Under the pieces are notes generated by a model. That model was not told the origin of the DNA. It was given only the letters and a program-made list of their open reading frames with translations, and made no database searches. The position numbers and the translations under genes were made by a program. 52,236 nucleotides of DNA, taken from Candidatus Dormiibacterota bacterium (GTDB lineage Bacteria; Chloroflexota; Dormibacteria; Aeolococcales; Aeolococcaceae). Of this stretch, positions 29,317 through 36,406 are shown piece by piece; positions within the stretch are counted from its first letter, which is position 1, and every line of letters begins with the position of its first letter. The stretch spans positions 1-52,236 of the forward strand of contig JBAPOS010000134.1 of assembly GCA_049279755.1 (NCBI GenBank), given 5' to 3'.

Positions 29317-29466
29317 ATGGACGCGCCGGCTCCATACATCCACTGGGGCTTCATTCTCATCTCCCTGCCGAACTTCATTCTCATCTGTGTGATGGTGCTG
29401 CTGTTCGTGATTGCGCTCGTCGCGCCGTTCCCGTCGCATCGGCAGAAGGAACCCCACGATGACTGA
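29317..29466 (+). CDS. Small membrane protein (49 aa), below the ORF-track size cutoff
   Basis: GGAGG (29306-29310) lies 6 nt before ATG 29317. Hand translation: MDAPAPYIHWGFILISLPNFILICVMVLLFVIALVAPFPSHRQKEPHDD. The stop (29464-29466) overlaps the cytochrome b start (ATG 29459). Confidence 0.55.
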   Translation: MDAPAPYIHWGFILISLPNFILICVMVLLFVIALVAPFPSHRQKEPHDD

Positions 29467-30136
29467 CGACGCCGCACCGGTGACCGTCGACCCGTCGGTC
29501 GCGACCGCGCCGTCCGACTTGGACGATGAGAGCGGATGGACGGCCTCTGTACGCCGCCGTGTGGAGAAGACGCTGCCGATCACCGAATTGCTCCCCACCA
29601 AACAGCCGGCGTACATTGGCTCCTGGGTCTACGTTTTCGGTGTCGTGACCATTGCCGCGCTTTTCTGGTTGGTGATCAGCGGCGTGGTCCTCGCATTCTT
29701 CGGGTCGGCGTGGTGGCATGTGTCATCGGTCGGCCATTTCTTCAACAGCACCCACTTCTGGTCTGTCCAGATGTTCTTCATCTTCATGGTGCTCCACCTC
29801 TGGGGGCAGTTCTGGGGAGCCGGTTGGCGTGACGGGAGAGCCAAGACCTGGATGGTGGGTGTCGTGATCTTCTCGATCAGCGTGGGCACGGCTTTCACTG
29901 GATACGTGATCCAGCAGAACTTCGACTCGCAGTGGATCGCGATCAATGCCAAGGACGCGATCAACTCGACCGGCTTCGGTGGGCTCTTCAACGCACTCAA
30001 CTTCGGGCAGATGTACGGGCTGCACGTGATGCTGATGCCGATCGGCGTGACCCTGCTCGTGGTGCTGCACATCATTCAGGTGCGAGCCAAAGGCGTGGTT
30101 CGGCCGATCGACGATCCTTTCCAGGTGGCGCCGTGA
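29459..30136 (+). CDS. Cytochrome b, N-terminal (b6-type) di-heme domain protein
   Basis: In-frame ATG 29459 of ORF 29411..30136. Two His pairs are present: HFWSVQMFFIFMVLH (13 residues between) and HVMLMPIGVTLLVVLH (14 residues between). That spacing matches the b6/Firmicute type. Confidence 0.8.
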   Translation: MTDDAAPVTVDPSVATAPSDLDDESGWTASVRRRVEKTLPITELLPTKQPAYIGSWVYVFGVVTIAALFWLVISGVVLAFFGSAWWHVSSVGHFFNSTHFWSVQMFFIFMVLHLWGQFWGAGWRDGRAKTWMVGVVIFSISVGTAFTGYVIQQNFDSQWIAINAKDAINSTGFGGLFNALNFGQMYGLHVMLMPIGVTLLVVLHIIQVRAKGVVRPIDDPFQVAP

Positions 30137-31137
30137 AGGCGTCCAAGGTCGACAAGAAGACCTACTACCGCGGGATCCGGATGATTCCGTACGACCTCCT
30201 GAAGGAGGTCACGATCGCGATGCTCGGCGTCCTGGGAGTCGTGTTGCTGCTTTCAGCAGTGCTGTCCTCCCCCGATGTGCCCTCGGTGACGTTGCAGAGC
30301 TGGTCGAAAGCTAATCCCGTCGACTTCCTGACGACCGCTTCCGGCGAGCTCGCCGGCTCTACTGTTGTGGCCGGATATGGACCGCCTTACAACTCCGGGA
30401 CCGGCTCGGCGCAGAGCTGGGGCCCCCTGGCTCCCGAGCAGTGGGCGGGAGTGCACATTCCCATCAACGCTCCCAATGACTTCGTGCTCCAGCCACTCAC
30501 CCAGGCGACTGCCGGGGATGCGAACCTCGCGTCGGCGTTGACCACGTACAAGGCTGCAACGAGCGATCAACAGCAGAAATGGCTCACGAGTTACACGACC
30601 GCACTCGGTACTGCAACCGTCGCCGCGGACGGTACTGTGACGGTTCCCTCTGGGGACTTCGGGCCGGTGACGGTGCTCATGGATCGCATGCTCACGCTGG
30701 CCAGGTCTGGCGGTTTGGACGCGCTCCTGCTGACCAGCGACCACTTCTATCAGACGGATTTCTCCCGGGCGCTGTTATTCCTCGATGACGGCGGCTACAT
30801 CGCCGACCTCGCAACCCAGCAGAAACTCATCGGTAGCGACTGGGGTGTGATGAACGAGACAGGCCGCTATCCGGGGTCAGCATGGCTCTGGCTGTATACG
30901 ATGTGGTACCAGATTCCGCCTTTCAACTCGGCTACCGGATTCCTGGGCATCAGCGCTGCCAACACCGACCTGGCGGTTGTTGGCGTGATGCTCCTGCTGA
31001 CCGTGCTTCTCATGCTGGTTCCCTTCATTCCCGGCCTGCGTGATATCCCGCGTTGGATCCCGATTCACAGGCTGATCTGGCGCCGTCATTACGCGGAGAT
31101 GCGCCGAACTGGTGCCACAAACACCATGCAGCAATAG
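30133..31137 (+). CDS. Membrane protein, possibly a cytochrome b C-terminal / subunit-IV-like partner with a large extracytoplasmic insert
   Basis: The GTG at 30133 overlaps the cytochrome b stop (GTGA). Layout: N-terminal TM, a soluble region of about 230 aa, then C-terminal TMs. GSAWLWLYTMWYQIPPF is loosely reminiscent of the PEWY region. The functional call is tentative. Confidence 0.5.
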   Translation: MKASKVDKKTYYRGIRMIPYDLLKEVTIAMLGVLGVVLLLSAVLSSPDVPSVTLQSWSKANPVDFLTTASGELAGSTVVAGYGPPYNSGTGSAQSWGPLAPEQWAGVHIPINAPNDFVLQPLTQATAGDANLASALTTYKAATSDQQQKWLTSYTTALGTATVAADGTVTVPSGDFGPVTVLMDRMLTLARSGGLDALLLTSDHFYQTDFSRALLFLDDGGYIADLATQQKLIGSDWGVMNETGRYPGSAWLWLYTMWYQIPPFNSATGFLGISAANTDLAVVGVMLLLTVLLMLVPFIPGLRDIPRWIPIHRLIWRRHYAEMRRTGATNTMQQ

Positions 31138-31562
31138 AGGATCACAGCGATTGCGACGTGCATGGCCATCAAGACGCCGACTGCGTCCGCGGGCTGACCG
31201 CGGACGAGCAGCCATGCGTCTGGTAGGAACAGCGCCATGCTCGCTAGGACCATGAGGCATCCATAAAGCGCGCGAGGTGCGGAACTGATGCGCGTCAGCA
31301 GGGGCCAGCCTGCGGCACCGCCGAGGACGCCGATGATCGTGAGCTTCGCGTAGTCGTCGAACCGGAAATGCTCGTATCCCGCGGTTCCCGGAAAGACGCG
31401 CGTGCCGATGGCGACGAGCATCGCGTCGGCGGCCAGCGACCCGACCATTGCGACCATGGTTGCCACCGCCACCCGCATCGGCGTCGGTTGGCGGTGAGAC
31501 GGCGCCCAATCCAGGCGAGCGATCGCCAGGGTGCGATCGATCAACGAAACCTCTGCCCTCAC
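31089..31562 (-). CDS. Hypothetical 4-TM membrane protein (157 aa)
   Basis: GTG start at 31562. Hydrophobic segments throughout. The 3' end overlaps the preceding plus-strand gene by 49 nt. The 21-nt element lies 23 nt upstream. Confidence 0.55.
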   Translation of the reverse strand: MRAEVSLIDRTLAIARLDWAPSHRQPTPMRVAVATMVAMVGSLAADAMLVAIGTRVFPGTAGYEHFRFDDYAKLTIIGVLGGAAGWPLLTRISSAPRALYGCLMVLASMALFLPDAWLLVRGQPADAVGVLMAMHVAIAVILYCCMVFVAPVRRISA

Positions 31563-31585
31563 ACCCGCCAGCGTATCGCGGGGTC

Positions 31586-31606
31586 CCTTGCGGAACGGTG
31601 AAGGCC
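31586..31606. repeat. 21-nt conserved element, copy 1 (CCTTGCGGAACGGTGAAGGCC)
   Basis: Identical to 36361-36381 in the same orientation. It lies in the divergent region between the 4-TM gene (start 31562, minus) and the OmpR-type regulator gene (start 31668, plus). Confidence 0.9.
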
Positions 31607-31667
31607 TGGTCTTCGAGTAGGCTCAATTCGCGTGTGCCAGTCTCACCATTCCTCATGATGCGCAGCG

Positions 31668-32342
31668 ATGCATCTCCTCGTCGCTGAAGACGACGCGAAG
31701 CTCCGGGAGGTCCTTGCGCGGGGGCTTCGCACTGCGGGTTACACAGTCGACGTCGCTGCGCGTGGGGATGAGGCGCTCGAGCTGCTCCTAGAGAACGGCT
31801 ACGATGCAGCGGTTGTCGACTGGCGGCTGCCCGTCATGGATGGCATCGACGTCGTCATCGCGATCCGTTCCCGGCATCGATCCACCCCGGTGCTGATGCT
31901 CACGGCCCGCGACACACCGTCGGACCGTATTCGTGGTCTCGATGCGGGGTGCGACGACTACCTGGTCAAACCGTTTGACTTCCAGGAGATGCTCGCTCGT
32001 CTCCGCGCCCTGATGCGCCGCCCCGCAGCGACGCTCGGCGTGCGCCTTCGCGCCGGAGCGCTGAGCATCGATCCAGCGGAGCGATTGGCATCGGTGGACG
32101 GCGTCCCGCTGGCGCTGACGCCTACAGAATATGCGATCGTCGAGCTGCTTGTGCGCCGGAGCCCCGCGGTGGTGAGGCGAGAAACGATTGCAAACCATGC
32201 GTGGACGGATGCCCTCGACCCGATTGCGTCCAACAGCATCGACGTTCACGTCACCAGGCTGCGTGCCAAACTGGTTGGTGCGGGTCTCAGGCTTGAGGCG
32301 GTTCGGAGCGTCGGCTATCGGCTCGTGGAGCGGGAGTCGTGA
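31668..32342 (+). CDS. OmpR/PhoB-family response regulator
   Basis: MHLLVAEDDAKLREVL...AAVVDWRLPVMDG...LMLTARD receiver domain plus a winged-helix C-terminus (LTPTEYAIVELLVRR...VHVTRLRAKL). Confidence 0.9.
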   Translation: MHLLVAEDDAKLREVLARGLRTAGYTVDVAARGDEALELLLENGYDAAVVDWRLPVMDGIDVVIAIRSRHRSTPVLMLTARDTPSDRIRGLDAGCDDYLVKPFDFQEMLARLRALMRRPAATLGVRLRAGALSIDPAERLASVDGVPLALTPTEYAIVELLVRRSPAVVRRETIANHAWTDALDPIASNSIDVHVTRLRAKLVGAGLRLEAVRSVGYRLVERES

Positions 32343-33562
32343 GCACGCGACTGAGCAGGCATGCCCTGCGTGTTGCGCTCATCACAACAGCGGTGGTCGC
32401 CGGAGTCATGGTCGCGCTCTGCGTCGCGATCGACGTGATCGTGGCCCAGACACTCCGCTCGTCCGCCACCACACGCCTCACCAGCGAACTTGCACAATTG
32501 TCACAACGTCGCGGTGGACCAAATCTCGTGGAGCCCGACGTTGATGATCCCGTGCTTGTCTGGGAAGTGAACAACGCCGGCGCCATCGTCGCGTCCACGG
32601 CGGGAGCGCCAGTGCTCCCCTCGGGCGAGTTCGCCGCAAGCACACCCTCCGAGACGCAGATTGACGGTGCTGACATCCTGATCGCCGGTGTTGGCATTCC
32701 CACCGGCAGGCTCGTCGGCGCCGTGAGCCTGGGTAATGAGTCGAAGGCGCTCACGGCCCTGACGATCACCGAGGCCATCGTTGTACCAACCATCCTGGTC
32801 CTCGTGTTCGCGGGTGCGTTTGTGGTCGGGCGGCAGACGGCGGGACCGATCGAACGAGCGCGTCGGCGTCAACTCGAATTCACCGCTGACGCATCGCACG
32901 AGTTGCGCACGCCTCTCGCGGTGATCGAGGCCGAGACGACGCTTGCGCTGGCGACTCCCGAACGTACTGGCTCTGATGACGCCACGCTCCGCCGTGTTGC
33001 AGACGAGACGCACAGGATGCGCGCCATTGTCGAGGATCTGCTCTGGCTCGCTCGCTTCGACGCGCTGCCCCCCGATCCGGTCACGGAGCCCGTCGATCTC
33101 ATCACGGCGGCGGACGTTGGTGTGCAGCGGTTCATATCCATCGCCGGTCAGGCGCGGTTGCATCTCCAGAATCGCAGTGATGGAGCGGCGCTCGCCCTGG
33201 TCGACGCCCCCGCGGACTGGATCGATCGACTCATCGGCGTGCTACTCGACAACGCGTGCCGGTATACGCCGGCGAACGGCACGGTGAGCATCGTGGCATC
33301 GCGTGAGCGCGACCACGTGCGCCTGACCGTGAGCGACACCGGTCCGGGCATTCCGCTGGAACGGCGTGCGCGCATCTTCGAGCGGTTTCGCCGGGGGACG
33401 AGCGACGGTGGCGGAGCAGGACTCGGCCTCGCGATCGGTAATGCCATTGTGGAAGCGACCAAGGGTCGCTGGCAGATCGCGGACGTGCCGGGCGGCGGAA
33501 TCTCAGTCGGAGTCGTCTGGGCGCACTCGCGCACCCGGCTCGTCGATGGATTCCACCCATAG
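32339..33562 (+). CDS. Sensor histidine kinase (2 TM, HisKA, HATPase_c)
   Basis: 4-nt overlap with the regulator gene. H-box FTADASHELRTPLAVI. N/G boxes LLDNACRYTP, SDTGPGIP, GGAGLGLAI. Confidence 0.9.
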   Translation: MSTRLSRHALRVALITTAVVAGVMVALCVAIDVIVAQTLRSSATTRLTSELAQLSQRRGGPNLVEPDVDDPVLVWEVNNAGAIVASTAGAPVLPSGEFAASTPSETQIDGADILIAGVGIPTGRLVGAVSLGNESKALTALTITEAIVVPTILVLVFAGAFVVGRQTAGPIERARRRQLEFTADASHELRTPLAVIEAETTLALATPERTGSDDATLRRVADETHRMRAIVEDLLWLARFDALPPDPVTEPVDLITAADVGVQRFISIAGQARLHLQNRSDGAALALVDAPADWIDRLIGVLLDNACRYTPANGTVSIVASRERDHVRLTVSDTGPGIPLERRARIFERFRRGTSDGGGAGLGLAIGNAIVEATKGRWQIADVPGGGISVGVVWAHSRTRLVDGFHP

Positions 33563-33748
33563 GGCGGCCCTGGGACAGTCGGCAATTGCACGACGGGCGT
33601 GGTCGAGCACGTCATCGGAGAGCGCTCGCTGGTCGATGACGGGATACCCCCAGTCGTCCATCCGGATGCGCTCCGGGAACAGCTCGCCACACATGCCGTG
33701 CGCCTTGCACTTGATCGGATCGACGCGCAGTCGAACCCTCACCACCAA
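33503..33748 (-). CDS. Small ferredoxin (single-cluster type)
   Basis: VDPIKCKAHGMCGELFPE...AIADCPRAAL is the Cys pattern of actinobacterial 3Fe-4S/4Fe-4S ferredoxins. Its start overlaps the NuoF-like gene stop by 10 nt. The 3' end overlaps the kinase gene by 60 nt. Confidence 0.7.
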   Translation of the reverse strand: MVVRVRLRVDPIKCKAHGMCGELFPERIRMDDWGYPVIDQRALSDDVLDHARRAIADCPRAALWVESIDEPGARVRPDDSD

Positions 33749-35025
33749 CCGGCCTCTGTTGCAGGCACGGGCAGCAGCGGTCGCTGTCCTGAATACCTGC
33801 AGGGACCGCTCTTGAGGTGATGGCGAAGATCTGCTGCAAAGACCTCCATCGCGCTGGAGAGGAAGAGCATCGCCCCATCCGGATGCCTGCAGGCGCCCCG
33901 GCCGCGGATGTCGTGCGACCAGCGGACGAGGAGGTCCAGCGCAGCGGGGCGGGCTCGGCCGGTTGCCACCTTGTGGAACGTCTCAGCTATTGCCGGAAGG
34001 CCCACATGGCAAGGTCCGCACTGGCCCGCGGTCTGACTGGCGAGAAACGTGAGTACTCGATCAGTCTCGCTGATCCCGCACGTTGAGGCCGTTGCGACCA
34101 CGAGCACGCCGGTGCCCAACGAAACGCCGACGGATTGCAGAGAGTGCGCGTCGATCGTCTTGCTCCATATGCGATCCGCCGCGACCCATCGGCCGAAATA
34201 CCCACCGAGCAGCACCGTCGCCGGCTCGCCGTCGACACCACCGGTCCGGTCGACGATGGCCCCGACGGTGGTGTCGCACGTCGCCTCGAGGACGCCCGGT
34301 GTTCGCACCGCCCCACTGACCGTCAACAGTGCGGTCCCAGGCGATCGCGGCGTGCCGACCGATCGAAACCACGGTGCACCGAAGCGGGCGATGAGCGCTG
34401 CATGGGCGAGCGTCTCCACGTTCTGGACAAGGGTCGGCAGGCGATCGACGCCGCTTTGAAAGGGACGGGGAGGGACAACCTTCGGCTTGGCGAGATGGCC
34501 GGAGAGGCGCGCGACCAACGCTGTCTCCTCGCCGGCGACGTATCGGTTCGGCCCGACCAGCACCTCGATGAATCGATCGTTGTCGTCTCGCCGCCTGCGC
34601 TCCCTGATCGCCGCGCTCAGCGCCGCCTCCACGTCGCTGTGGGACTTCGTCGTATAGATGACCACGCGTCGAGCACCGACCGTCTCCGCTGCGTGCTCGA
34701 GACCGTCGAGCACAAGGTGAGGCCGGTAGGTCAGCAGGAACCGATCCTTGAAGCTCGCCGGTTCGCACTCGGCGGCGTTGGCGACCACGATCGCGTCGCC
34801 ATCGCGCTTCGTGTGTTCCTTGACCGCCCGCCACTTTCGGCCGGTCGGAAAGTCGGCCCCGCCGCGCCCGCACAGTCCGCTGGCGTCGAGGGCGTCGAGC
34901 AGCGCACTCGACTCCGGTTGCGGACGCGGGCCGAAGCTGGCGAGGTGCGCGTCCAGGTCCTCGGGAACCGGACGCTGCGGGAGCAGACGATGGGCGGGGT
35001 TGCCGACGTCGATCGAGAGGCTCAC
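33739..35025 (-). CDS. NuoF-like flavoprotein (NADH dehydrogenase subunit F-type FMN/NADH site, SLBB, 4Fe-4S region) without NuoE/NuoG partners
   Basis: ORF 33739..35112 trimmed to GTG 35025, which overlaps the stop of the upstream gene (GTGA). GLCGRGGADFPTGRKW resembles the NuoF GRGGAGFPTG motif. SQTAGQCGPCHVG is the Fe-S region. Confidence 0.75.
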   Translation of the reverse strand: MSLSIDVGNPAHRLLPQRPVPEDLDAHLASFGPRPQPESSALLDALDASGLCGRGGADFPTGRKWRAVKEHTKRDGDAIVVANAAECEPASFKDRFLLTYRPHLVLDGLEHAAETVGARRVVIYTTKSHSDVEAALSAAIRERRRRDDNDRFIEVLVGPNRYVAGEETALVARLSGHLAKPKVVPPRPFQSGVDRLPTLVQNVETLAHAALIARFGAPWFRSVGTPRSPGTALLTVSGAVRTPGVLEATCDTTVGAIVDRTGGVDGEPATVLLGGYFGRWVAADRIWSKTIDAHSLQSVGVSLGTGVLVVATASTCGISETDRVLTFLASQTAGQCGPCHVGLPAIAETFHKVATGRARPAALDLLVRWSHDIRGRGACRHPDGAMLFLSSAMEVFAADLRHHLKSGPCRYSGQRPLLPVPATEAGWW

Positions 35026-36041
35026 GCTGTTGCCTTCTGCGTCGTGAGCGTTCCGCCAATCGCGCCGTTGCCCTCGTCGACGATCTGGATCGCGGCGAGC
35101 ACGCCGCCGCACCGGGCGGTGACCGAGGTGTTGCCGATCGTCGCCGCCGACTGGCAGACCTGTCCACCCGATCGGGTGACCGTGAGCGTCCCGCTGCCGT
35201 CGGCATTGGCGACGATCACGAGTTGGAGCGCATGGTCACGCGTATCGGTGAGAGTGGCGGTCGCATGGGTGGGCGAACTCACCAACGTACCGATGAGTGG
35301 ATCGTTCAGACCGGCGGGGAGTTGCGTCACCGGAGCGGGCGCAGTCGTGGGCGCAGCCCCGGAGCGTGCCAGCAGATCCGCCGGAGTGCCGGCCGCCTTG
35401 GCCCAGCCATGCTGCAGAGGGCCGACGGCCATCCAGACGATCAACGCACCGATGGAGACGACGCTGCCGGCGATGCCCAGGAAGCGCAGGGCGGTGAACC
35501 TCGGCCCGGCGTGCGCAAGGCGCCAAACCAGCGCGGCAATAACGGCCGCCACGCAGACGGCGACCAGACCCATCGCCCAGAGCGACTTGGTGTCCGTCCC
35601 CGTTCCCAGGCCGTGGACCACGCCGACCGGCCAGCTCGCGTACGCGAAGAGGTGCACTCCCCGCCACGTCCGCCAGCCGAGCCGGTGCCGTACGAGACTC
35701 GTCGCGGTGATCGCAATCAACAACTCGAATCCGACCACCCCGAGGCCGAGCCACACGGGACGGTACGACGCGATGAAGGGCACGAACGCGTCGAGGAAAT
35801 TGAGCTTCGCGAATGGGTCGATAATCGACGTGAGGATGTGAATGACGAGAAACAAGCCAACCAGCAGTGAGACGTTGCGATGCAACGACTGGACCACGAA
35901 CCTCGGCCACTCAGGGCGGCTCTCACGCGACGACGTCAATACCCCCAGAACAACGCTGGCGCTCAGGAGGATGAGGGCGGTGTAGCCGCTGGCACGGGTG
36001 GCGTACCACATCGGGGTGGGGCCGGCGAGTGCCGCTAGCAA
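35022..36041 (-). CDS. Ferric-reductase-like (YedZ/MsrQ-type) di-heme transmembrane protein with an uncharacterised C-terminal domain
   Basis: Six hydrophobic segments. His pairs sit in SLHRNVSLLVGLFLVIHIL and GVHLFAYASWPVGVVHGLG. A C-terminal, non-hydrophobic region of about 110 aa has no recognised family. Confidence 0.7.
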   Translation of the reverse strand: MLAALAGPTPMWYATRASGYTALILLSASVVLGVLTSSRESRPEWPRFVVQSLHRNVSLLVGLFLVIHILTSIIDPFAKLNFLDAFVPFIASYRPVWLGLGVVGFELLIAITATSLVRHRLGWRTWRGVHLFAYASWPVGVVHGLGTGTDTKSLWAMGLVAVCVAAVIAALVWRLAHAGPRFTALRFLGIAGSVVSIGALIVWMAVGPLQHGWAKAAGTPADLLARSGAAPTTAPAPVTQLPAGLNDPLIGTLVSSPTHATATLTDTRDHALQLVIVANADGSGTLTVTRSGGQVCQSAATIGNTSVTARCGGVLAAIQIVDEGNGAIGGTLTTQKATA

Positions 36042-36053
36042 CGGACGGCCCGG

Positions 36054-36338
36054 TCAGGATCCGCCGGAGACTGTCACGGGCGCACCGTAGCCGTACTGCG
36101 GCGCTTGGATCGGTGCGCTGATGCCCGGTTGCGTGATGCCGCCGTTGTCGGTGACACCTGGCTGGGTGGCCGGCGTCGTGGTAATCGTGTGGCCGGGAAG
36201 GCTGGTCGCCGCCACGAGCGCAAACACCGCGGTGAATGCCGTCGCCCCGACTGCTGTGCAGATAGTCAACCTGCGCGCGCGGGCCAGGCCGAGGTCCCTT
36301 CGAAGGCGGGCGGAATCCAACTGCGACTGTCGCGGCAT
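36054..36338 (-). CDS. Small membrane-anchored/exported Thr-Pro-Gly-rich protein (94 aa)
   Basis: ATG 36338. Arg-rich N-terminus, one TM (ICTAVGATAFTAVFALVAA), then TTTPATQPGVTDNGGITQPG... It ends 12 nt before the ferric-reductase-like gene. The 21-nt element lies 22 nt upstream. Confidence 0.5.
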   Translation of the reverse strand: MPRQSQLDSARLRRDLGLARARRLTICTAVGATAFTAVFALVAATSLPGHTITTTPATQPGVTDNGGITQPGISAPIQAPQYGYGAPVTVSGGS

Positions 36339-36360
36339 GAGAAGAGCCTACCCGGAGCTG

Positions 36361-36381
36361 CCTTGCGGAACGGTGAAGGCC
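36361..36381. repeat. 21-nt conserved element, copy 2 (CCTTGCGGAACGGTGAAGGCC)
   Basis: Identical to 31586-31606. It lies between the GT87 gene stop (36407) and the start of the 94-aa gene (36338). Confidence 0.9.
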
Positions 36382-36406
36382 CGCCCCAGCACGCGAGGGA
36401 TCGGCA

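Noticed and set aside
31586-31606. The 21-nt element as a guanidine-II (mini-ykkC)-like hairpin, because the plus-strand loop contains ACGG
   Set aside because: The genes it precedes are on the minus strand, where the loop reads differently. The two-hairpin architecture is absent. The downstream genes are not guanidine-related.
31592-31625. Reading GGAAC inside the 21-mer as an ECF-sigma -35 box, and the nearby GTAGGCTC / GAGCCTAC octamers as IdeR-like half sites
   Set aside because: No CGTT-type -10 lies at 16-17 nt in either copy. A plus-strand promoter at copy 2 would point into the antisense of the GT87 gene. The octamer match is short, on opposite sides of the two copies, and compatible with chance.
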